Notes under the pieces: model-generated | What the model saw: the letters and a program-made list of their open reading frames with translations, nothing else | The model's database searches: none | Told to the model about the DNA's origin: nothing | Origin: Anthoceros angustus | Lineage: Eukaryota > Plantae > Anthocerotophyta | Assembly (NCBI GenBank): GCA_010909165.1 | Contig: VJWM01000025.1 | Coordinates: 310,001-374,000, forward strand | DNA: 64,000 nucleotides | Direction: 5' to 3' | Position numbers and translations under genes: made by a program | Part shown: in pieces, positions 47,327 through 58,150 of the stretch | Position numbering within the stretch: the first letter of the stretch is position 1 | Layout: each line of letters begins with the position of its first letter

Positions 47327-50300
47327 TCAAAATTCGAATTCCTCCTCAGCTTCCACAGCAAACCCCCCTGATTCAACCAGCTCCTGCAGACCTGCAGCAG
47401 CAGCTTCATCAATTTGAAGAAGCTCCTGTAGCCGAGCGATCTTCTCTTCCGACTGTGAGCTTTTCAGGTAGATGCAAAACAAGTCTGACAACTCCTCCCT
47501 CTGGGACCACGACAACGGCTGCGACGGCACAGCCAAGTCACATGCTAGAAGGTTGTTCAGTGATGCAACCTGCACGTATGGACACAACATGAGCCAGCGT
47601 AATGGCACCTACTCATCCCAACCTGCGTGTCAACAACAACCTCCTTCCAAAACCAAACTTAAAAACTCATTACTTACCACGCCAGCAGGATTCTTTTGCC
47701 GAAGCAAGGCCACGGCCTGAACCAGAGAGTTGGATAGCCTCTCTCTTGCAAGATCTTGCACAAGTTTCTTGGCATTGTTCACATCCAAACCAAGTGCTTT
47801 TGGGATACTATCATACACATCTGCTTCAGAGAATTCACCCTTGCCTGAAGAAAATACCCCATCCACAATCTTCTTGAACAGCTTCAGTCGCACGTCTTTT
47901 GCAATTGTGGACTGAATGTCAAACCCAGCCTCTTTCAGCTCCTTGACTTCCTCCAAGCTCAATGTGCCTTGGTTGATGGCGGTCTCTATGGCCCCTGACA
48001 TTCTTGTGGTTGTTATGCTCTGAATCACCTTCTGCGCAGCCTCTGCAGGCAATCCAAGCTGCTGCTGAAGCCCCTTTAATTGCTCCATCCTTGCCTTTGA
48101 AAGCTGACCATCTGCCAGTATCAGTTGCGCCTGTTTCCGGAATGCTTGCTCGGCCAGACCTTTGTGGATGTTTGCTACTTCCAGATTGTTAAGGCCCAAA
48201 ATTCTTCCCAGTTGACCAAGCTTGAGAAACTCTGACTTGTCTTGCTGCACCACAATTTGAGTGCCCATGGGCATGCCAGTTGTCTCTCCGGTGAGGCAGT
48301 GTATCAAGAACCTTTGGTACAAGTCTGACCTCTCCCTAAACTCGAGCTCGTCTCGGAGAGTGATAGTGACTGGAGCTTCCACTTCTTTGTTATCTGGTCT
48401 TGTCTTTCGCAATGTTTGAAGCTCCTCCAATTCATCCTCATCTTCATCCTCAGACTTCTTCTCCTGGACGAGAGTCTCTTCGGTCTTCACAGGTGGCGGA
48501 AGGTCTGATTCCCCTTTGATATCGGCAATCAGATTGGCCACAACAAGGTTATAAAAGCTTATCATTTTTCTCAATTCCCTTACTGCTTCACTTCCGCTGC
48601 CAGCACTGCGGGACCTCTTGATGTATGTCACTAAAATTGCCTTGACCTGCACATACCCCATGGCACACAAAACAGGGCTTGTTGGTCGTTCACCTTTCGA
48701 AGCAAATCAGGAAGCTGCAGAGCTTTTACAACATGACACCCACCGCCTTGTTCGCAATAGACAAAGCTGCATCCACACTTATTCGCAGTCCAGTCACTGC
48801 ATTTCGTACAGCTTCTTTCATGTCGGCGTCATAACCATCCACGCCGGCACCAATGGCATCATCCACCACCTGCAGATTTCAGGGACTCATCATATTGAGT
48901 AATGAGCCCAACAGTTCCCTGTGAAAGTCCGTGATGTTTGAAATGTAAGACCAGCAGGAACGTGACATTCTCACCTTGGCAAAAAGGCGGCCACAAATGC
49001 TAGCATGTGCTTCATCCACTTTCTCCTGTGGAATGCACAACAAGACTCGTAACCGAAGAAGGGCAGCGACATCTGCATCACTCAACTTTCCACCAGCCAC
49101 ACACTGCTCAAGCTTTTGCCTGTATATCTCTGCAAGAACGACACTGATGACAGTAAGATCCTTGCACTCAAGGCAATTCACACAAGTTTAACAGCAAGGG
49201 TTTTTTGGGATGAAGAAAAACCTTCATGCACAGCTTGCGCTTTCAGGGGATCCAAGTGGAGTGTGTCGCACAAATTCTGCAGATAGACTGCCTTGCTTGG
49301 TGCTGCATCCAGATCACCACCTTTGACAGCTTGTGATAGCTTCTGCCGATACACTTTGATGGTAACATCCTGCAAAATGTCTTCAGCTTGCCGGTTCCCC
49401 AGTCCAAAGACATTCTTCAGTTGATTCAGAGCTGATATCTGCAAGATGAGAATGACCAATTTTGACCAGTCACCCAACCTGACGTACATAGCCTGACCAC
49501 AGCCGAAAACATTTCAGTCAGGAAAAAGACAACCCACCTTGTGCTCTTCCAGTCGACCCACTGAAAACGCATCAGTCAAATAAGCAGTGTACAGCTGCTT
49601 TAGGTCATCCACATGTTTGTCGGAGTCATACTGGCCCCCTGATAATCATCATTTCCAGTCTGCGGAAATTAGAACAGACAGTAAGGAAGCTAAAAGAAGG
49701 GTCATAAAGATGAGATCAAGATCCTCGAGTGTAGGATGTACCTAGCAGGGAAGCGGGTCCCAGCCCTGGTAAGCTGGAAGGGCCCAATTTCTCAGCCAAG
49801 GCACTCAATGACGCATTGTAGTATAGTACTTTATCCAACTCAGTTGTTACCTTCGTCAAGTCTCTGCAGCCAAACTAGTTTTAGATTCTACAGCATCTAC
49901 TGTTGCACGCATGTGCAATAGTAACCAACAAAATACACAAAAAGGGGAGGGCTCTGCTCTAGCTATACATGTAGCTAAACTGATACAGGACCAGATCAAC
50001 ATATGCAATACATTCTTACTTGAGTCTTGAACGGGCCTTGGATGCTTGCAGTGCAGAAGTTACATACTCCTCAATCTGCTTACGTGCATGCGCCCTGAAC
50101 AGATCTGCTGTAACCTGAAAGTGACATGCGGAGTTAAAATCATTGCAAAGACAAAACTGGCACCGTCGAAATTTGAATGTCACATTTCAATTCAACTGAC
50201 CTCGTCAGTGAGCTTGAATCTGAGCTGAGCTTCCCGCAAGTTCACAATGTCTTGACTCCGGATATCTGTTGGACACACAGGCGTGTGAGAGCAAGAAGTG

Positions 50301-51848
50301 GGAAAATACAGGGCCCCCCATTGGCGCATCCAAACAGGGACATACCACTTGAGATCGGATCCAGCTTGGCAAGGAACAGCCGTTGGGCATTATCCCGTAC
50401 TGCCACATCCACCTGTGTTACCAAACAGGTGAGAGAAGCTTCAGAAGAGGCTCATGAAAATAACCAATGCACTAAGAGGCAGGAGAAGCCATGTGATACC
50501 TGGGCATCAGTTATTTTGAAGACTCGCTTCCAAGGTAGCAAGAATTTGGACGCCTCCCCAAACACAAGGGTTGAGACATACACCAGCTTCTGGAAGGCCT
50601 GCAGAGAATGCAATGCAAAGCCAAGCCAAGCCAAGCCGGCATGGAGCATAAGAGAAGGTAAAAACAGGTATCCAGGAGAGCGAGTGAGTGTTGGGACATC
50701 CGGCCTACCCTACCCGGCGTTCTTCAACTGCTGTCTCTCGGTCTCCAGTCTCCAAGCGCTGGCGAAACAGGCGCCTGCCGACCTGAAAAGGAAGAGAAGG
50801 GAAGAGACTCGCTCAAGCCTGGCAAGCGTTGGTGGTATGAGAGGGATAAGATAAAGACGCGTGGTGTAGTAATGGCAGCACACCTCAATATGCACGGACG
50901 CTGCGTCAGGATCCTCCAGTCCCAGAGCATTCTTGAACTCAACAATTTGGTCTGCCTCATCTCCCTTGAGCTCCTCATTTCCTGGAGGGATGATTCCAGT
51001 CACAAATCTGAGACAAGTGGACAGACAGTAATGTGGCAATGGCGTGAGCGAAGAGCGGATGTGCAGTGCAGGAGGAAGGGGGCCAGGGGCCGTGAAGTGT
51101 ACCGGTCATAGAGGGTCCTAAGCTCAGCGGCGATGGGCTCATCTTGCCTGCTCACTCCAAACCTGTGTGTGCCACACACACAGAGCTGTGGGGTTAGCAC
51201 ACCACACGAAAGGGAGGGATGAAGGGAGAGAGCAAGAGCAAAAGCCGAGCGCGCACTTAAGGAGGACGGAATCCACATGGTCCCTGGTGAGAGCCTCGGG
51301 ATCGCCCAAATTCACCAGCGCATTGTGCAGATGGGTGGCAGCAACACGCGGAGCTGCGGCATTGAGCGCGAAGGCGATGGCCCCGCCAGCAGCTCCCAGA
51401 GCCACGGCGCCCCACGGCTGCAGCAGGAGTGCCCTTGCCCGCTCGGGCCCCGACTGCATAGCCGGCGGCCAGGGCGGCCGCCACGATCACAGCGCAGGTG
51501 GTGTAGCGTGCCGAGGCGGGCAGGTCGCCCAGGAACTTGTGCGGGCCTGACAGAGGCAGCTCCGACCCGAACATGCTCCTGCTGCTGCTTGCTGCTTCAT
51601 CCGCTGCGGCTGCTTGGCAGGAGATGGTCCGGCGGCCGCCTCCTGCAGCTCAGCCTCCTCCTGCTGCTGGGTCGCAGCCAGCATAGCGAAGAGCTGGAGC
51701 TGGAGCTGGAGCTGGAAGCTGAGGCTGAGATGGTGGCGGGAAGCAGGGTGAGGAGGGTTGGGGCGCCGCGGGGACAGGGGCAGGGGCAGAGGCAGCAGGG
51801 CCCGCTGCCGCTGCCGCTGCCTGCCGCTGCCGCCGCCACCCGCAACAT
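47327..51848 (-). CDS. TIC110: TIC110, chloroplast inner-envelope translocon (multi-exon; at least 2 frameshifts in exon 1 of this sequence)
   Basis: Transit peptide, two N-terminal TM segments, LGLEDPDAASVHIE, AFQKLVYVSTLVFGEASKFLLPWKRVF, ITLRDEL..RSDLY..CLTGE, HKGLAEQAFR, LSNSLVQAVALLRQ, EEEFEF*. Confidence 0.92.
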
Positions 51849-52391
51849 GCTGCTGCTGCTACCCGTAACCTGTTGCTGGCCGACCCACCGCTTCCTGCCT
51901 GCCTGCCTACCTGCTGCCTGCTGCTACTCTATCTTCCGTGATACGAATCTGCCACCATGAGACGAATCAAGACGCTAATCCGCTACCCAGCAGCGCAACC
52001 ACCGGCATTGTTTGCAGCTCTATCCTCTCGTGCAGCAGAGAGGCTGTCTTCGTGTACATATCCAGACTACACGGACGGACAAGACGAGACAATTATACAT
52101 ACCCACACATATGTACGCATTTAAAGGCCGTGGCAGCGAAGCGGATAAATGTAAAACTGTACATACATACTCCTGAAGGGCCGCTCTCTCTGTATGTACA
52201 TATGTACATGCATGTGCTTGTGAAGGCTCGCAGGCTACAAGGTTGTTGTTGCAAGCGGAAGAGCAGGGAACAAGGCAAGCGTGCGTTCTGGCAGCCATGA
52301 CACGATTTTCCAACAGTAAGCCAAACAATGCAATGGAATGGAATGCTATGCCATGCAATGCTCTCATCTCCATGCTCACAGAAGAGACGGT

Positions 52392-52480
52392 ATGGGGATG
52401 GCTGGCTTGGCAGAGGCTATTCTGCAGCAGGTTGCGAGAGGCACTGCCACCTTCGAGCTTGTTGCCGGCGGTGAGGAGGG

Positions 52481-52516
<36 letters not shown>

Positions 52517-53731
52517 AAAGGGAGGAGGAGCAGGGGCACTGCTGTCACTGCTGCTGTCTCCATTTCTGGGCAGCCCCCATACCACACCGGAACCCCTTCC
52601 TCATTCCTTGTGCTTCGCCAAAATTGGCACAAGAGGAGGAGCATTGCCAGCCAGGTAAGGGCTTGGTATGTCATGGCATGGCATGGCACTGCTGCTGATG
52701 CTGGTGCTGTTGCTGCGGACTGAAACAAATTTGCGTCGAATGTTGTTTGCAGGTCCACGACGTCACAGGCAATCAAGAAGGTCGAGCACTATACTGTGCG
52801 CAGGATTGTGGGAGATGGTCGCTGCATGTTCCGAGCCCTGGTGAGTACTGTGCAGTGCAGTGCAGTGTGGCCATGGAGTTACGTCGTGGCAAATGACGAT
52901 GACAAGACTGCGTCTGTCGTGTGGCGGTCTAGGTCCTGGGCATGGCTGCTAACAAGGGCCTGCGATTGGACGACGTCGAGGAAACGCAGGAAGCAGGTCA
53001 GGTCCGTTACAGGTCCTTCCTTCCCTGCTTGGGGGTTCTTGTGCATGGAATTCATGCTCGATCCGGAATCTGAAGCCGCGCTTGCTGCTCTCCTCAGATC
53101 AACTTCGATTGGCCGTCATGGATGCGCTCTGCAGGAGCGATAAGCGCAGGCGCTTGTACGAGGAAGCTCTGATCGCCATCACAGTGGAAGAGTCTCTCAA
53201 GCGGTATGCACCTTCACATCGTGCCGTGGAGCTGCATTGCTAAACCCTAAACCCTGCCCACACCGTTCTGTTCTGGCCCGCAGATATTGCCAGAGGATTC
53301 CCAGCTCAAGTTTTTGGGGAGGCGAGTCCGAGCTTCTGGTGCCGTTATCCATCTCAGATTCCCATGGGGAATATCCTCCTCATTCGTTGTAACTTGCTTG
53401 ATTGCCACTGCTTTGATGTTGGCTGCCTGCCTGCCCACCTACAGGTGCTTTCACGAATGTGTTCACAGCCCATAGTGGTGTACATTCCCGAGTCTGAGGT
53501 GAGCAACGCAGCAGCCGCTGTCTCCAGCAGCTCGCAAGTTTAATCTCAAAAGTGCGCTCACGCGGGTTTCCTTCTCACTTTCAGGCCAAGGAGGGTGCAA
53601 AATGGGGAACTGGATTCATCCCCATTGCGGAGTACGGAAGTGAGTTCACCAAACCATCCAAAGACAGGAAGGGCCGTAAACCTGTCAGGCTTCTCTATAA
53701 TGGCAGCAACCACTACGACCTGCTCATCTGA
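52392..53731 (+). CDS. OTU3: OTU-domain deubiquitinase, OTU3-like (multi-exon; start uncertain)
   Basis: FELV..FAKIG; IKKVEHYTVRRIVGDGRCMFRAL; EEALIAITVEESLKR-YCQRI..FWGGESELL; GFIPIAEYG; VRLLYNGSNHYDLLI*. Confidence 0.85.
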
Positions 53732-54210
53732 AGGCCCAGGTCCAACAATTGTAAGTCTACGAACAAGCTGGACTTGGGTGTTTCAAGCCTGGTTCATCGG
53801 TAATCTTGATCGACATTGAGGACAAGGCTTCTACAGACGAACGTCTAGAGATGAAATTGATCATCGATCCCGCTTCAACCATGGAAGCCAACAAGTTTGA
53901 AATGCAGTACAACGATGCGACATTCCTGATGATCATATTGGTCAGCCCGTCACCAGCTTTTTCTGAATTGCAACCGGGCCACTGCTTACGTAGCCATCCT
54001 GTTGCCCCCCAAATAACTTCACAATTCCATGGAAAGTTGAAGGACCTACTCCCTTCAGATTGGGAAATGGCCCTGTTGAGCAAGAACTCGAGTAATCAGA
54101 TCGTGTACAAGGAAAAGTAAGCTCACCACGCAAACAAGCAAGCACTTACCACAGCCCAACTTCGAGCCTTGCGAATGTCGATAGAGTTGAATGCCGTCTG
54201 TACATGATCC

Positions 54211-56039
54211 TTAGCTGTTCCCTTGAGGACTCTTTTGCTTCTTACCTGTCTTCTGTCTTTTCCTTTGACCAACTGCAGCCTGTGCCTTTTCAGTGACCGG
54301 AACCCTTTTCTTTTGACCAACTGCAAGCTTAAGCTTTCGGGCTCTGTTGTGCACCCGCCCATTTTCATCTGGAGCCTTTCGTTTTGCTGGAGTCTTCCGC
54401 TTTGCTGGATTCTTCTGCTTTCCTGGAAGCGCACCCTCATGCTTTGGCAAAATGGAGGGTCTGATACCTGTTTTGAGAATATGGCCCCGGACCCTCATGC
54501 TTTCGAGCGACTCTACTGGATCACCAGGTTGTTCCACCACCGTGTCTTCATCTCCATGCTCTAAGTCATACTCAGCTGCACCAGCCATATCTACCTCAGC
54601 TGCACCAGCCAGATCCACCTCAGCTGCAGTGGCCATATCTACCTCAGCTGCAGATTCAGCTCCTTCCACAGCTTGCTCCAGCAGTTCAGTGATGTTCATT
54701 GGTTTCATCAAGTCATCCCTTTCTTCCAAGCCCGTGTCAGCCTTAGGTGCAGCAGCCACACGTGAAGGCTTTCCTGGCTTTTCAGCAAGGACACTCACAA
54801 GCGGATCCCAAACTGTGGGGACATTGAAGAGGAGTTTATCAGACCCCAGATTGCCATCCGGCTCACAACGCTCCACACAAATGGCACCCTTATGAGTCTT
54901 CCTACGTGTGACTCCATGCATAAGAGCTGACCTAAGAAAAAACGAGGTCCCTTTGCTTAGAGACCGGAACGGCAGCAGACAAAAACCTGATGGGCAAGCA
55001 CTGCATAGACAAAAGAGTATGGCAGAATATTGAGGTAAGCTAGTACCTGCAATTTTTGGAAACAGCAGCCTTTGCAAATTCAGGGGTTAGACCAAAAAGG
55101 GTGGACAAATTTGCAACATCATTGGGTCCCCTCAGCTCCATCCCATTTGCAGCACCACTACTTAGCACAATGTTCCTCCCCCTTGTCCAGCCTTGCAGCA
55201 TCTGCACCCCACGTCCCAATACAGTCACATCACATGGCAACACGCTATGGTGAAGCAGCAACAACCAACAGACAAGAAGTTGCCGCATAGTCACCATACC
55301 TGAGCATTGGCAAAGGCTTCTCTCCTAACGTCGGGATCAAATATTGCCCGCCCGTACTTAATCTCAAAGAAGATGCCGCGCTGGAAAAGGCGAGGTTTGA
55401 AAACTGTCAGCACCGTGAGCAGGTGATGAATTCCAGAGCGCTGCATCTCTCTCACTACGTACCTCCACTGCAGCTTTGACCATGGCCTGCTTCATGCGGA
55501 AGGGGAGTCTATGGCTGAAGTCCACAGAGATTATATCAACCTGACGTCACCGAATTCGAGGGTCACTAACAATCCTGCCATGAACTTCAACAGTTTGTGA
55601 CCTAAGAGCATAAAGGGAGAGGAGAGCACACCTCCAAATTGTGACATGCCTGACCAAATGCCTTGAGAGTGGTGGGTTCCACGGCCACCAAGTCATAGGA
55701 CCTGAGCGCAAGAGACGAGTTGATGATGACAGCGGTAGCAGTGGAATCGTCCAGCAAAACAGTCACTCTGCTGTACTGCCGGAATTGGGTGCCTGCCGGC
55801 ACACCCAGCAGCTTTCGGTGGAAAGCTGCTGCCTCTGCAACCCCAGCTGCTGCAGCCTCCAGAGAGCTCAGTTGAAAAGGCCCAATTTTGCATCTGTCCT
55901 GGTCACTGATGAGTCCCCCAACTACGTGGTTGTAGGCAATGCCTGTATAGCCAAGCTGCAAAGCCATGGCCGCCACCTCCCTCCTCGATTGCTCCGGGAC
56001 CCCATCATACTCTACACAAAGGTCGTAAAAAGTCGCCAT
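54211..56039 (-). CDS. RPP30: RNase P/MRP subunit RPP30 (GAF1-like) with a low-complexity C-terminal extension
   Basis: FYDL...LGYTGIAYNH, RQYSRVTV, YDLVAVEP, VDIISVDFSHRLPF, RGIFFEIKY, TRGRNIVLSSGA..ELRGPNDVANL. Confidence 0.88.
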
Positions 56040-56379
56040 ACCCGAGCTTCTGCTTCCCACACTGCCTACATAGCCAAGCCATTCACAGCGCTCTTATTAG
56101 AACTCGAGCCCCGCCGTATCATACATAAGTCCCAATGACTTTCTGACATACCTTACAATGGATATACCGGTAACGACCTATGCTACCGAGCTACCCTGGA
56201 AGTGCCGGTATGTATACTAGGTACCTAGGTCATGCACCCTTCTCCTTTGTCTACATATATAGAAAGGACTAAATTAACTCTATCAAATGGTGACTTAAGA
56301 TTTCCATAATAAGGAGTAAATAAGTTCTATCAAATACCTAGCTAGGTACCAGTTTTCAACCAACTTGGTGGAACGTCAA

Positions 56380-57490
56380 ACGGAGCTGGAGGTCCGGCTT
56401 GCTGCAATGGATCCCAAGATGCTTCAACAGAAGAAATTAGAGTTGAGGAATGCTATGGTCTCTGTCGACGAGGATACACAACACTTAGAAGACAATCACA
56501 CATCAGATTGATAAGCACTATCGACAGATACAGCACTGGAAGAGCTCATCCTTTGAGCTCAAGGCTCGGGAAAGCACCTTAGAGCTCAAAGGATGAGCTG
56601 AAGGCTTTGGAAAGCACTCAAGAGCAAACTTTGCAGGATGAAGCAAAAGAGCTAGAGAAACTTCTTAGCAGACGGAACCTGCTTCAAGCCAAGAGAGAGG
56701 ACCTGATGAAAAAACCCGTGACTTATGCTCCCTCCCCTCCGATGCCTATCAGCGGAAAGGGCTAGATGCGCTGCACAAAATAATTCATAGATGCATGAAC
56801 AGCTCAAGGCTTTCAGCCATGTAAACAAGAAGGCCCTTGACCAGTATGTCAAATTCACCGAGCGAAGAGGGGAGCTTCATTTCAGGCAAGCTCAGCCGGA
56901 TTCTGGCGATGAGAAGATCAGGCAACTCATGCCAGTCCTGATCAACGAAAACATGAGTCTATTGAAAGGACACTCAAGGGTGTTGCAAAATTTTCCGGGA
57001 AGCATTTGCGGAGGAAGTTCTAGGCGGTCACGGATCACTTGTGATGATGATGTGATACTTGTAACAAGGCAGAGGATGGGGTTGCGGACAATAACTGTCG
57101 GGAAGGGGATGCGGACAGAGTTGATAAAAGCACTGGTGCGAAACTGAAGGTTTCATTTACGGGGCCGAGTGAGACAATCGGTAAAACAGCCGTCGGGGGA
57201 TCAAAACACAGTTGTTGCTCTAACTTTGTTCTTTGCTTTTCAGCGAGGTGACCCTGCTGCCTTTTACCTGTTTGATGAGATTGATGCAGCCCTAGACCCT
57301 CAATATCAGACAGTGAGGCGGAATACGATCAAACGACAGCCAGATACCTCGCATATACACAGTTCATCACAAAACATGTCGACCCCAGATGGTGAAGGTT
57401 GCTGTCAAGATTTAAGGAGTCACTCACAAAAATAGGGTGAGCCGTGTTGATGTCATCAGCAGGGACGAAGCTCTCTACTTCATAGAGAAG
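56380..57490 (+). pseudogene. SMC3: Processed (intronless), degraded 3' fragment of SMC3
   Basis: EQLKAFSHVNKKALDQYVKFTE, DSGDEKI, KVSFTG, QPSGDQNTVVALTL (decayed LSGGQ), FYLFDEIDAALDPQY, VTHKNRVSRVDVISRDEAL; several stops and frameshifts, no introns. Confidence 0.85.
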
Positions 57491-58150
57491 TTCAAACTTA
57501 TCAACCCACATAATCAGGTGATGTCCGCTGCAATCCTTGGTCTGGATTTGGCGGAGAAAACTGTTGTACCATGGAAACCGAAAAGATTGCTCACCAAACC
57601 CTATGGTAGGTGGCAGACTCCGCAAGTACCTGATACGCACAAAGCCCGTTTCAGCCCAACACAACAACAGGGATATGAAAAGGCAGGCAGATCTACAGCA
57701 GGAATGTCCAGAGAAAAAACGTAGAACATCCACTTTTTATGGTGAGGGTGCCGGTTTCTCCATAGTATAAATCATTCCTGTTTGATGGTGCCCATCCCGT
57801 TCAGCATGGGCAAGCCTGGTCTCTTGAGATGTCCACATAGGGCCTCCCTTCCTCCTCCTCCGTATGCTCGCTCATGCTCTCCGGTCGTTCTATACGATTC
57901 GACGAGAGACTCTGTTTGAGCATGGACGAGAGTACCAAAAAGACTGCAGTAGGTGGCCCAAACAGTGTGAGAGCTTCTGCCAACGGCTCACTGTTGGAGG
58001 ACCCCAAACGGTCCTCTTCGCACCTGATGGATAACAGGCTCTCCGAAGCAATCATTTACCGAGCAGACCTCTGTGCGACGTCGTTCCATTCCCTCGAGCT
58101 TCGACTGCCAACCGTATTCGTCGTTACACACCAGCATACCCAGTAGACAG

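Noticed and set aside
53240-53256. Telomere-like TAAACCCTAAACCC
   Set aside because: Only two units inside an intron; not an interstitial telomere array.
57500-58140. Short ORFs between the SMC3 relic and the PPR 3' end
   Set aside because: No recognisable homology.
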